From assembly GCF_009617975.1 (NCBI RefSeq), contig NZ_CP040089.1, positions 780,001-812,000 on the forward strand: a DNA stretch of 32,000 nucleotides. The letters run 5' to 3'. How positions within the stretch are numbered: position 1 is the first letter of the stretch; every line of letters begins with the position of its first letter. The translations under genes were made by a program, and so were the position numbers. Source of the DNA: Candidatus Nanohalobium constans (GTDB taxonomy: Archaea; Nanohalarchaeota; Nanosalinia; Nanosalinales; Nanosalinaceae). The notes under the pieces were generated by a model. The model had not been told where the DNA came from. It saw only the letters and a program-made list of their open reading frames with translations, and did not search any database. This document shows, piece after piece, positions 7,059 to 15,361 of this stretch.

Positions 7059-7420
7059 TCGAAGTCTAGGCAGACCGAGTTAATACAGTATCTTTTGCCT
7101 GTTGGTTCCGGTCCGTCATCGAATACATGTCCTAGGTGGCTGCCGCAGTTCTTGCAGAGTACTTCAACCCTGTTCAGTCCATGTCTTTTGTCTTCTTTTA
7201 GTTCTATGTTTCCTTGGACTGCGTCTTTGAAGCTAGGCCATTTATCTGATTCAAACTTGTCCTCTGACTCGAAGAGCTTGGTTCCACAAGCCTTACACTT
7301 GAACACTCCCTCTCCGTTTGTTTCTAGGTGTTCACCGCTTCCAGGAGGTTCCGTGCCTTTCTCCCTCAGGACTTTGTACTCCAGATCCGATAGTTTCTGT
7401 TTCAAGTTTTCATCTTCCAT
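7049..7420 (-). CDS. msrB: peptide-methionine (R)-S-oxide reductase MsrB
   Basis: Two CxxC zinc motifs (CKACG, CKNCG) are present. The catalytic-site signature GSHLGHVFDDGP.PTGKRYCINS is also present. Confidence 0.9.
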   Translation of the reverse strand: MEDENLKQKLSDLEYKVLREKGTEPPGSGEHLETNGEGVFKCKACGTKLFESEDKFESDKWPSFKDAVQGNIELKEDKRHGLNRVEVLCKNCGSHLGHVFDDGPEPTGKRYCINSVCLDFDQE

Positions 7421-7445
7421 ATCCAGTAAGATATGTCTAGAACTG

Positions 7446-7452
7446 TTTAAAT
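7446..7452 (+). promoter_or_regulatory. TATA-like box (TTTAAAT) for the 7474 gene in the msrB-divergent intergenic region
   Basis: It lies 28 to 22 nt upstream of the ATG at 7474. Confidence 0.35.
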
Positions 7453-7473
7453 CTGAAGTTCAAATAACGAGTT

Positions 7474-8175
7474 ATGAAGAATATTCTGGAAGTCTTGAAC
7501 AATAGTTTTGAGATGCTGTTTGAAAGGCCTCAGCTTTTCGTTCCGAGGCTATTATCTTCTTTTGCAAGTAGTGCTCTCTTAATCGGATGGGTTGCAGGAG
7601 CGATAACAACAATCCAGTTTCTGGCTTTTTTCCCCTTAGTGGCAGTTATAGGTGGTTTCACACCTGTAATGGTTTCATCAATGGTCAAGAACGATGACGA
7701 AGAATTATTGAGGAAAGGATTGGATGATGCCTTGACACTTTGGAAACCTGTAATAGGATTGACTGTTTTCACCGGCTTCCTGGCATTTCTGAACAGCCTA
7801 CCTCTATCTATAGGATTGATGTTAACGCAGCTCACAGGCAACATGCTGTATCTAGGAGTAGGAGGAGCGATAAGCCTAGTTATGCTGTTGGCAATTAGCT
7901 TCGGACTGTACTTTGTCCCTATCAGCATAGTCGAAAACAGAGGATTCCTGAAAAGCCTTCAAGACGGGATTTCAACATCAAACAGAAACAGATCAGAGGT
8001 AGTAGCTCTCACGCTGTTTTCGCTGACAGTTTTAGCTGCTTCATCCGCAGTAACAGGTTATCTAAGAGATATAGGCTTCACCGTCTTCTTACTAGGTCGG
8101 ATAGCTTCTTCAGTAGTAGGCACCTATCTACTAGTGATTTCACCTAATTACTACCTAGGTGAGAAGAAAAAATGA
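7474..8175 (+). CDS. polytopic membrane protein, function unknown
   Basis: 233 aa with about six hydrophobic helices, for example LLIGWVAGAITTIQFLAFFPLVAVIGGF and LYLGVGGAISLVMLLAISFGLYFVPI. The stop overlaps the next start (ATGA at 8172). Confidence 0.65.
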   Translation: MKNILEVLNNSFEMLFERPQLFVPRLLSSFASSALLIGWVAGAITTIQFLAFFPLVAVIGGFTPVMVSSMVKNDDEELLRKGLDDALTLWKPVIGLTVFTGFLAFLNSLPLSIGLMLTQLTGNMLYLGVGGAISLVMLLAISFGLYFVPISIVENRGFLKSLQDGISTSNRNRSEVVALTLFSLTVLAASSAVTGYLRDIGFTVFLLGRIASSVVGTYLLVISPNYYLGEKKK

Positions 8176-8504
8176 TCGAAATACAGACAGAGGACAAAAC
8201 AGTGACTGCTGAAGTAGCAGACAATATCCTGAAAAGAGCTCTAGGTCTTTCATTCCGGACGAAAGGAAAAATGTTGTTCAAGTTTCGTCGAGATACTTCA
8301 GCAGCCATAGATATGATGCTGATGCGAGACTCACTTTACCTGTACTTCATGAACTCTGAGAAAGAAGTTATACATGCTGAGAATGCTGAGCCATGGTACA
8401 AACTGCCCAGAAGACTTCTTCACCGACCTGATGAAAATTACAGGTATCTTCTGGAGAGCTTTGAAGAGTTGGATATCGAGGAGGGCGAAGAGTTGGAGTT
8501 TTAG
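8172..8504 (+). CDS. DUF192 (COG1430)-like protein
   Basis: AEVADNILKRALGLSFRTKGKMLFKF....AIDMMLMRDSLYLYFMN resembles the DUF192 pattern (A.T...R..GLM.R.....GMLF.F........M.N...PLD..F). It is translationally coupled to the upstream membrane protein. Confidence 0.45.
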   Translation: MIEIQTEDKTVTAEVADNILKRALGLSFRTKGKMLFKFRRDTSAAIDMMLMRDSLYLYFMNSEKEVIHAENAEPWYKLPRRLLHRPDENYRYLLESFEELDIEEGEELEF

Positions 8505-8761
8505 CCAGATAAAATTTCATCAATATTTTCCGCAGTTATTTCTTCCCCGATTAATGTGTTTGCTTCTTCTTGATACTCTATAGTCATTATTGGCTGTGTT
8601 TCGGCAGCAGCTAATCTAGAAGTATACTTTTCCCAGTACCTCTCCTCTAATTCTTGTTCTAAACTATCTCTTAGAGTTGGTGAGATCTTTTCCGGGTAAA
8701 AGACCTCCACAGAGACAGAGTCATAACTCTCTAGGTTTAACCGCGAACTTCGACCAGACAT
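8501..8761 (-). CDS. hypothetical acidic protein (86 aa)
   Basis: The ORF has acidic composition. It is convergent with DUF192 with a 4-nt overlap. I recognised no motif. Confidence 0.45.
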   Translation of the reverse strand: MSGRSSRLNLESYDSVSVEVFYPEKISPTLRDSLEQELEERYWEKYTSRLAAAETQPIMTIEYQEEANTLIGEEITAENIDEILSG

Positions 8762-8812
8762 TCAAGAAGAACTGGCTCGCCTCAGAATAAACTTATTTAG
8801 ACAGAAGATCAC

Positions 8813-9523
8813 ATGTTCAAATCTTTTGGGTTCAAAAAACTGGATATGAACTTGTCAAAATTCTGCCCACGCTGTGGCAAAGAAACCGATAAACTGTACG
8901 GAGATAAAAAGCAGCTCTGCGCCGAGTGTTTCCCCGAAAAGAACAATCTACTTGAGATCCCAGACGAAGTAGATATCAAAGTATGCAGCGTCTGCGGAAG
9001 GATGAAATACCACGGCGAATGGGTCGAAGAGTACACCATGCAGGAACAGATCGGCTTGACCTTCTCTGATTTCGCCGAGGACGATGTAGAGATGGAGCTG
9101 CAGTTCTGGGAGGAAGAGGAACAGTTCTTCGTCAGAGTTCACGCATTCAAAGGCGAGATTGAAAGCTTCCAAGATACCAAGCTGGAGTTTGAGGAAGTTC
9201 AATGCGGTGACTGTGCCCGATTCAACGGAGGCTTCTTCAAAGCCAAGATACAGTTGAGAGGAGAGGACTTGAAACCTGTTTCAGAGGCAATAGTTGACAA
9301 AGCAGCTGAGATAACCAATGAGAACAGGAAAGACTTTTTATCGAATGTAGAAAAAACAGACGGCGGCTATGACTATTACCTATCTACAGAAGGCATGAAC
9401 AAGAAGATTCTTGGAATGTTGCGCGATAGGTTCGAACCAGACATCCAGAGAAGCTATGAACTGGTCGGAGAGGAAAATGGGGAAGAAGTATACAGGAATG
9501 TGGTTTCTGTAAGAATAGAGTAG
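8813..9523 (+). CDS. NMD3-family protein (short archaeal form)
   Basis: The N-terminal zinc cluster is FCPRCG....LCAECF......IKVCSVCGRMKYHGEW, followed by ..QCGDCAR. This is the typical NMD3 N-terminal domain. The start could instead be Met12 (8846). Confidence 0.7.
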   Translation: MFKSFGFKKLDMNLSKFCPRCGKETDKLYGDKKQLCAECFPEKNNLLEIPDEVDIKVCSVCGRMKYHGEWVEEYTMQEQIGLTFSDFAEDDVEMELQFWEEEEQFFVRVHAFKGEIESFQDTKLEFEEVQCGDCARFNGGFFKAKIQLRGEDLKPVSEAIVDKAAEITNENRKDFLSNVEKTDGGYDYYLSTEGMNKKILGMLRDRFEPDIQRSYELVGEENGEEVYRNVVSVRIE

Positions 9524-9567
9524 AAAACTGTCAGAAGTTTAAAAACTTTCTCGAAGAATTTTCTTTT

Positions 9568-9885
9568 ATGGCAGATCAAGATGATGGAGAACAAGATATA
9601 GGCCGTGTAAAAACACCGCGTGGAGAACAAGTACTAGGAATCGTACTAAGGAAAGAAGGTGGCGGCAAGTATAGAGTATACTGTACAGACGGCAACAAAA
9701 GAATCTGCCGAATCCCCGGCTCCAAGAAAAGAGGCCTATGGGTCAAAAGAGACTCAGTCGTACTAATCGAACCATGGGACATACAAGGAGACGAAAAAGG
9801 CGACATCGTCGAAAGCTACAGCCAAGCACAGACAGAATGGCTGGAAGACAGAGACTACCTGGACGAAATCAGCGAATTCCTATAG
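9568..9885 (+). CDS. eif1a: translation initiation factor aIF-1A
   Basis: The S1/OB core reads RVKTPRGEQVLGIVLRKEGGGKYRVYCTDGNKRICRIPGSKKRGLWVKRDSVVLIEPWD, matching the eIF1A pattern (G.V...LG......V.C.DG..R...I.GK.....WI..GD.VL.). Confidence 0.88.
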   Translation: MADQDDGEQDIGRVKTPRGEQVLGIVLRKEGGGKYRVYCTDGNKRICRIPGSKKRGLWVKRDSVVLIEPWDIQGDEKGDIVESYSQAQTEWLEDRDYLDEISEFL

Positions 9886-9940
9886 ATTCATTCTTCCAAT
9901 TTTCTCCAGAGTTAAATTTCTCATATACTTAATTTACTAC

Positions 9941-10705
9941 ATGAAAGATTCAAACCGAGACTTCCAAGAAAGATGGAAGGAAGAGAGCCGTCGAATGTTC
10001 GACAGTTCTGAGGCTAAGAAAAGTTTCGAGAATGTCTTCGATCACGATACCTCCATGGCCTTGCTGAAGTTGAAGGATAGAGATGTTATCCAGAAGATGT
10101 ACGGCACGATTGAAGCAGGGAAAGAATCTGTAGTTTTCTTGGCAGATAGCCCAAAAGGCGAAAGATTGATCGTTAAGATCTACATGAACCAAGCCGGCGG
10201 ATTCCGTGACATGTACCAGTATCTAAGAGGAGATAAGCGGTTTAGAGGAGTCAAGAAAGACCGCAAATCAGTCATTAAAGAATGGTGTAAGAAGGAGTTT
10301 AAGAACCTGAAGAAGGCTTCAAAGGTGTTAGAGTGTCCCAATCCGATAGCTTTTAATGAGAACATTCTTGTCATGAGCTTTATTGGTGAAGACTTTTCCC
10401 CTTATCCTAAGTTGAAGGATGTGGAGATAGATAACCCAGAAGCCGGCTTCAAGCGAGTATTAGATGATATTCGTAGGCTATGGCAGGAGGAAAAGCTGGT
10501 TCACGGCGATCTATCCGAGTACAATATTTTACTTGATTCTGAGGGCGAGCTATATTTCATCGATTTTGCTCAGGGTCTTCATACATCTCATCCTGAGGCA
10601 GAGAATTTTTTGAGGCGTGATATCGAGAATGTAGCTAATTTTTTCCGGAAACAGGGCGGAGATATCGATGTCGAGAAGTCTTTTGAAAGTGTTTTAGAGG
10701 GTTGA
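9941..10705 (+). CDS. rio1: RIO-type serine/threonine protein kinase
   Basis: The RIO domain shows G.IEAGKESVVF.A (flexible loop/P-loop equivalent), a VKIY lysine, KEF.NL.KA, LVHGDLSEYNIL (catalytic loop) and FIDFAQG (metal-binding). It sits in the conserved aIF1A-Rio-KH context. Confidence 0.88.
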   Translation: MKDSNRDFQERWKEESRRMFDSSEAKKSFENVFDHDTSMALLKLKDRDVIQKMYGTIEAGKESVVFLADSPKGERLIVKIYMNQAGGFRDMYQYLRGDKRFRGVKKDRKSVIKEWCKKEFKNLKKASKVLECPNPIAFNENILVMSFIGEDFSPYPKLKDVEIDNPEAGFKRVLDDIRRLWQEEKLVHGDLSEYNILLDSEGELYFIDFAQGLHTSHPEAENFLRRDIENVANFFRKQGGDIDVEKSFESVLEG

Positions 10706-10760
10706 GAGCGCCTGTTCTCCGGATTTCAGGTATAAAAAGGTTGGGAAGTTCTATATACTT

Positions 10761-11264
10761 ATGAAGAAAGTTAAAATTCCGGAGAAGAGAGTCGGTGTTC
10801 TGATCGGCGAGGGTGGCGAAACAAAGGAAGAGTTCGAAGACCTGACTGATACCGAGTTAACGATAACCGATAATCTTGCTAGGATTGAAGGCGATGTACT
10901 GGACGAGATGGATGGCCAAAAAATCGTAAAGGCTATCGGCCGCGGATTCAACCCAGAAAAAGCATTCAGCATCATCGAGAAAGACTATACATTCAATCAC
11001 ATTGACATTAATCGTTTTGCAGACACTGAGAATGATAAAGAGCGTTTAAAGGGTCGTGTGATAGGCCGAGACGGAGAAACACGGAAACACATCGAGAAGA
11101 TGACTGAAACATATATCTCGGTTTTTGGAAAGACTATTGGTTTTATTGGACACCCACAGAACATTCAGGTTGCTCGTGAGACTGTGAAGCAGCTGTTGAA
11201 CGGGAGTTCTCATTCGTCTGCGTACAATTATTTGGAGAAAAATCAGGACAAAATTAAAAGATAA
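10761..11264 (+). CDS. KH-domain RNA-binding protein (Dim2/Pno1-like)
   Basis: There are two KH-like GxxG segments (VLIGEGGETK and VIGRDGETRKHIE). The size of 167 aa and the position after the RIO kinase are typical of archaeal Dim2-like proteins. Confidence 0.75.
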   Translation: MKKVKIPEKRVGVLIGEGGETKEEFEDLTDTELTITDNLARIEGDVLDEMDGQKIVKAIGRGFNPEKAFSIIEKDYTFNHIDINRFADTENDKERLKGRVIGRDGETRKHIEKMTETYISVFGKTIGFIGHPQNIQVARETVKQLLNGSSHSSAYNYLEKNQDKIKR

Positions 11265-11283
11265 CTAGAGTGAAATTTATACT

Positions 11284-12876
11284 ATGCCAAATGGAGTAGA
11301 AGAAGGTATGGAAGCAGAGGGCGGAGATCACAGAGAGATTTCCGTTGCAGAATTCTTCGAGAAAAACAAACACCTTCTCGGATTCGAAAACGCACAAAAA
11401 TCCATAATAACAGTCGTCAAAGAAGCAGTAGACAACTCACTGGACGCATGTGAACAGGACGATATCCTACCTGAAGTACATGTAATCATAGATGAGTACG
11501 ACGACGAAAAATGCCGCGTAGAAATCAGAGACAACGCAATAGGACTAGACAGAGAAACAATACCAAAAGTATTCGGTAAACTACTTTACGGATCCAAATT
11601 CCACAAACTACAACAGAGCCGTGGACAGCAGGGAATCGGAATCTCCGCTTCCGCGATGTATGCACAGCTAACAACAGGAGAACCTGTAACTGTCTACTCC
11701 AAGCAGGAAGGCGAGCCATGCCACAAATTCGTAGTCCGTATCGATACAGAGAAGAACGAACCAGAAATCCTTGAAGATGAGATAATCGAACCTGAAAGCG
11801 ACGAATTCCCAGGCGACAAAGACTACTTCTTCGATCACGGAACCACAATCGAGATGAACATTGAGGCCAAGTACACACGCGGCCACCACTCCGTCAGAAA
11901 CTACCTCAAACACACAGCAATCATGAATCCATACGCTCGAGTGGTTCTGAAAGAACCGGATGGAAACAAAATCGAATACCCAAGAGTATCCAAAGAACTA
12001 CCAGAAAAACCTAAGGAGATCAAGCCTCATCTTCACGGAGTAGAGCTTGGAGTAGTACTGAGGATGGTCGACAACTCCAATGCGAGAACAGTTTCCAGCT
12101 TCCTGCAGAAAGAATTCACACGAGTAGGAAGAACATCAGCCGAACAAGTATGCGAAGAAGCAGAAATCGAATCAGGTAGAAGACCTAACACATTGGACAA
12201 AGACGAAGTAGAAGACCTGTTGAAGGCTGCAGAAAATGTAAAACTTCAGAGCCCTCCAACAGACTGCCTATCACCAATTGGAGAAGACCTGATGGAGAAA
12301 GGACTGACAAAAGAACTCAACCCGGAGTTCACAGAAACAATAACGAGAAAACCCACAGTATACAAAGGAAATCCCTTCCAGGTAGAAGTAGGACTGGCCT
12401 GGGGCGGAGACATCGAAGACGAGGGAAGCTTCGAAGAACTAAGATACGCAAACAAGGTCCCGCTACTATACAAGAAAAGTGCTTGTGTAACGACCAAGGC
12501 TATCGAGAATGTTTCCTGGAACCGATACAACATCAGCCAGACAGGAAACCGTCCACAAGGACCGCTTTATATCTCGATCCATATCGCATCGGTCTGGGTG
12601 CCATTCACCTCCGAAGGTAAAGAGGCAGTAGCAAACTACGACCCTATCCGGAAGGAAATGAAACTAGCGCTACAGGAAGCAGGCCGCAAACTTGGAAAAT
12701 ACCTCAAACGGAAAGAGAGAAGAGAGATTCAGGAAAAGAAGAAACGACAACTCACCAGTTACGCTAAGGAGATGGCTCCAGCGATCGCAGCACTCGCAGA
12801 CGAAGGAAACGAAGCAGAAATGGAAGACAAAATCCAGCAACTCGTGCAGAACGATTACAACCCGGAGCAACTTTGA
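11284..12876 (+). CDS. top6B: DNA topoisomerase VI subunit B
   Basis: The Bergerat/GHKL ATPase motifs are present: SVAEFFEKNKHLLGFEN....TVVKEAVDNSLDA, DNAIGL, and GSKF......SRGQQGIG. The length of 530 aa fits, and top6A immediately follows. Confidence 0.93.
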   Translation: MPNGVEEGMEAEGGDHREISVAEFFEKNKHLLGFENAQKSIITVVKEAVDNSLDACEQDDILPEVHVIIDEYDDEKCRVEIRDNAIGLDRETIPKVFGKLLYGSKFHKLQQSRGQQGIGISASAMYAQLTTGEPVTVYSKQEGEPCHKFVVRIDTEKNEPEILEDEIIEPESDEFPGDKDYFFDHGTTIEMNIEAKYTRGHHSVRNYLKHTAIMNPYARVVLKEPDGNKIEYPRVSKELPEKPKEIKPHLHGVELGVVLRMVDNSNARTVSSFLQKEFTRVGRTSAEQVCEEAEIESGRRPNTLDKDEVEDLLKAAENVKLQSPPTDCLSPIGEDLMEKGLTKELNPEFTETITRKPTVYKGNPFQVEVGLAWGGDIEDEGSFEELRYANKVPLLYKKSACVTTKAIENVSWNRYNISQTGNRPQGPLYISIHIASVWVPFTSEGKEAVANYDPIRKEMKLALQEAGRKLGKYLKRKERREIQEKKKRQLTSYAKEMAPAIAALADEGNEAEMEDKIQQLVQNDYNPEQL

Positions 12877-12963
12877 AGAGGAGAAAAATACTATGAAAAC
12901 AAACCCAAACACCGAAAGCTGCCTTGCGCAGCTTAACATGATGAAACTCTGTAGGTGAGTTTC

Positions 12964-14094
12964 ATGCCAAAGAAAGAATTTGAAAACGACAGTAAGACAT
13001 TAGAACAGCTTAAACACCTTGGAAAGAAGATCAAGAACCAGTTAGACGATCCAGAAGAAGATGATCTAACATTCGATACACAGGTAAGAAGCAGAAGCAA
13101 TGTAGAGTACGATGAAAAGGAAGGACGACTAGCTCTAGGAGACTCATACTCCACAAGAAAATTCCTCAACATCAGTCACGCCAGAAAGTTCATGCAGACC
13201 CTGATGGTTGCTTCAAAGACCAAAGAACTTATCGAAAGCGGTAGGACCGCAGCGATAAGAGAGGTCTACTACCAGCTGAAGCACAGCGTTCCCGGGCTTG
13301 ATGAGAACACTTTCGAAGACCAAGATGAGTCAAACAATGTAGTCGTTGACATAGAAACAGCAACAGGAGCGATCAGAGAAGACCTGCACCTATTCGCAGA
13401 GAAAAAAGGTTCACTATTCGGACCGGTAGTGATCAACGACTCAGGGGACGAAATCGACTGTATGAACATGGGAACATCCGGATTAGCAATCCCATCTATC
13501 GTAGACCACTACGAGTTTGTTGAATGTGAAGCAGATTTCATCCTACTCGTCGAGACCTCTGCGATGGTTAACAGACTGGTCGAAGAAGATTTCCACGAAG
13601 AACACAACGCCATCCTGATCTCAGCAGGAGGACAGCCAAGCCGTGGAGTCAGAAGACTCGTCAACATCATGCACGACAGATTAGATCTCCCTGTCTATGT
13701 ATTCACTGACGGCGACCCATGGGGATACTACATCTACTCCGTCCTCAAATCCGGATCTATGAGTCTTGCATTCCAGTCAGATAGATTAGCGACACCAGAT
13801 GCGAAGCTTATCGGTATGACCATGGAAGACATCGAAGAATACGGATTAGAACATGTAACAGAAGACTTGAAAGGTAAGCCAGAAGGCAACGGCGGTCCAA
13901 CCAAGGACTACAAGCGTATCCACGATGTCATGGACTACGAATGGATGCAGAATGACCAATGGCAGAACCAGTTCCAGAAAATGCTTGACAAAGGAGTCAG
14001 AGTAGAGCAGCAGGCTCTAGCAGCCAACTCACTGGAATTCGTAGCCAATACTTACCTGCCAGAGAAGATTGAGAACAAAGAGTTTCTAAACTAG
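12964..14094 (+). CDS. top6A: DNA topoisomerase VI subunit A (Spo11 family)
   Basis: The catalytic-Tyr region is IREVYYQL. The Toprim region is LLVETSAM...L and VFTDGDPWGYYIYSV. The ORF track starts at a GTG at 12955; I prefer the ATG at 12964 (MPKKEFEN). Confidence 0.92.
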   Translation: MPKKEFENDSKTLEQLKHLGKKIKNQLDDPEEDDLTFDTQVRSRSNVEYDEKEGRLALGDSYSTRKFLNISHARKFMQTLMVASKTKELIESGRTAAIREVYYQLKHSVPGLDENTFEDQDESNNVVVDIETATGAIREDLHLFAEKKGSLFGPVVINDSGDEIDCMNMGTSGLAIPSIVDHYEFVECEADFILLVETSAMVNRLVEEDFHEEHNAILISAGGQPSRGVRRLVNIMHDRLDLPVYVFTDGDPWGYYIYSVLKSGSMSLAFQSDRLATPDAKLIGMTMEDIEEYGLEHVTEDLKGKPEGNGGPTKDYKRIHDVMDYEWMQNDQWQNQFQKMLDKGVRVEQQALAANSLEFVANTYLPEKIENKEFLN

Positions 14095-14113
14095 TTGTTC
14101 AGATTGTTTAAAA

Positions 14114-14120
14114 TTTTTTT
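14114..14120 (+). terminator. oligo-T tract (T7) downstream of top6A
   Basis: TTTTTTT lies 20 nt after the top6A stop. Archaeal RNA polymerase terminates at oligo-T. Confidence 0.4.
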
Positions 14121-14140
14121 CTCTTTCCTTTCTTTACCTA

Positions 14141-14563
14141 TTATTCTAATCTTTCTGCAATTTCTGGGTACGGGTCATCGTGCTTGGAGTAGATTTCATC
14201 GACATATCGAGTAACATCTTGGCGTTCCAACTCTGCTTCAACCTCTCCTCTTTTACTGCCGCTTAATATGAAAAAGGTAGTTTCTTCTGGTCTTTCAGTG
14301 TCTTCAGAGTCCAGTATACTGTTTACTACATCAGCTGAGCATGTATCTCCGTTCAGGTCGTGGTCAAGAATGTATGCGTCAAAATCCTGTTTTCTATAGT
14401 CTTCAGCAAGTTCTTCCCGGTTAGTATATACATGTATGTTAGCATCTGTTTCTTGGTTGAGCATGAATGCACTGTGCTCTGCTTGGATTTCTTGATCGTC
14501 AAGTATTGCTGCTCTCTGTACCGGTGTACTCTGTGTACTGGAGTTGGATCCTGTTTTCGACAT
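14141..14563 (-). CDS. stand-alone response-regulator receiver (CheY-like) protein
   Basis: REC landmarks are present: AAILDDQE (acidic pair), FDAYILDHDLNGD (phospho-acceptor Asp), FFILSGS (Ser/Thr) and IYSKHD (Lys). The ORF-track start at 14761 adds 66 basic, non-halophile-like residues and overlaps the next gene. Met67 at 14563 is preceded by GAGGT 8 nt upstream. Confidence 0.7.
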   Translation of the reverse strand: MSKTGSNSSTQSTPVQRAAILDDQEIQAEHSAFMLNQETDANIHVYTNREELAEDYRKQDFDAYILDHDLNGDTCSADVVNSILDSEDTERPEETTFFILSGSKRGEVEAELERQDVTRYVDEIYSKHDDPYPEIAERLE

Positions 14564-14718
14564 CTTAAATAACCTCTGATATCTTTGGGAAGGTGCAGAG
14601 AAAGGGTTTTTTCTATGGTGGTTTCTCTCTGCACAGTGCGCCAAAAAGAGTGTTTTTTTGGCAAGTGGGGAGGAAGGATTGGTTATTGTTTTTGTCCCTC
14701 CTGGAAAAGAGTGATTTT

Positions 14719-14913
14719 TTATGCTTCTGCTGCTGCGCCTGTTTTTCTTGCTATCAGGCATTCTTTGTGGCAGTAGCCGTCTGTGGACTCTATGTAGTCG
14801 TCTGAGTTGTGTACTCTGTCCCCGCAGATTACACAGTTGCCTCTTCTCTGGTCGATGCTTTTTCTTACTTTGTCCATTTTGGTTTTTACGCTCATGTTGA
14901 ATTCCCCCTCCAT
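14719..14913 (-). CDS. small zinc-binding protein (64 aa; CxxC...CHxxC)
   Basis: MEGEFNMSVKTKMDKVRKSIDQRRGNCVICGDRVHNSDDYIESTDGYCHKECL... has four-ligand zinc-ribbon-like spacing (C-x2-C-x17-C-x3-C). The start may be Met7 (14895). Confidence 0.55.
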   Translation of the reverse strand: MEGEFNMSVKTKMDKVRKSIDQRRGNCVICGDRVHNSDDYIESTDGYCHKECLIARKTGAAAEA

Positions 14914-14990
14914 GTTGTAAGTGATTCTGGTTTTGAGTGTAGTGGAAACGCCCCTCCGTCCCCCTTCTGACTTCCTACTTCTTTATTTCT

Positions 14991-15060
14991 TGTTTTCCCC
15001 TTATAACCCGGAATTGAGTATCGGGTAACTGACTTGGTTTACTTCACGGTAAGTTGAAGC
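14991..15060. repeat. copy 1 of a degenerate roughly 70-nt module: TGTTTTC-N3-TTATAACCCG ... GGTAA ... TTAC-N6-GTAA
   Basis: My ungapped hand alignment with 15232-15301 gives 43/70 identical positions. Matching blocks include TGTTTTC, TTATAACCCG, GGTAA (15024-15028) and TTAC-N6-GGTAA (15039-15052). Confidence 0.6.
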
Positions 15061-15065
15061 TGGTT

Positions 15066-15206
15066 TCATGCCTTTCTTGCTGGTTGAACCTTTACTCCTG
15101 TCGCCTTCTTCAGGATTTTAGGGAAGTTCTGAGGTTTCCGATTTTCATTGGTGTAGTTGAGTTTCTCAAGTTCTGTTTCAAAGTGTCTGTAGTTCGGATC
15201 TACCAT
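15066..15206 (-). CDS. possible 46-aa basic mini-protein between the two repeat modules
   Basis: My own translation is MVDPNYRHFETELEKLNYTNENRKPQNFPKILKKATGVKVQPARKA followed by TGA. The TTATAA of module 2 (15242-15247) lies 36-41 nt upstream on this strand. It is net basic, unlike most proteins here, so it is uncertain. Confidence 0.3.
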   Translation of the reverse strand: MVDPNYRHFETELEKLNYTNENRKPQNFPKILKKATGVKVQPARKA

Positions 15207-15231
15207 CTCTAACAACCTAGTGTAGAATACC

Positions 15232-15301
15232 TGTTTTCGGTTTATAACCCGAGATTAACTTAGAGGTAATTCATGGAGCTTACCCCGAGGTAAACTGGAA
15301 A
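15232..15301. repeat. copy 2 of the roughly 70-nt module, 241 nt downstream of copy 1
   Basis: The sequence is TGTTTTCGGTTTATAACCCG...GGTAA (15265-15269)...TTAC-CCCGAG-GTAA (15280-15293). It sits 60 nt upstream of the HxlR-REC-HalX gene. Confidence 0.6.
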
Positions 15302-15361
15302 AAGAGAAATCGGTAGCATTCTTCAGTAAATGATAAATTACTCGGTTGTTAACTTTGTTTT

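Noticed and set aside
14564-14761. The N-terminal 66 residues of the 206-aa ORF 14141..14761 (MPDSKKNRRSSRSIKNHSFPGG...).
   Set aside because: The segment is strongly basic and low-complexity, overlaps the 3' end of the Zn-protein gene, and precedes a Met (14563) with a GAGGT 8 nt upstream. The receiver domain is complete without it.
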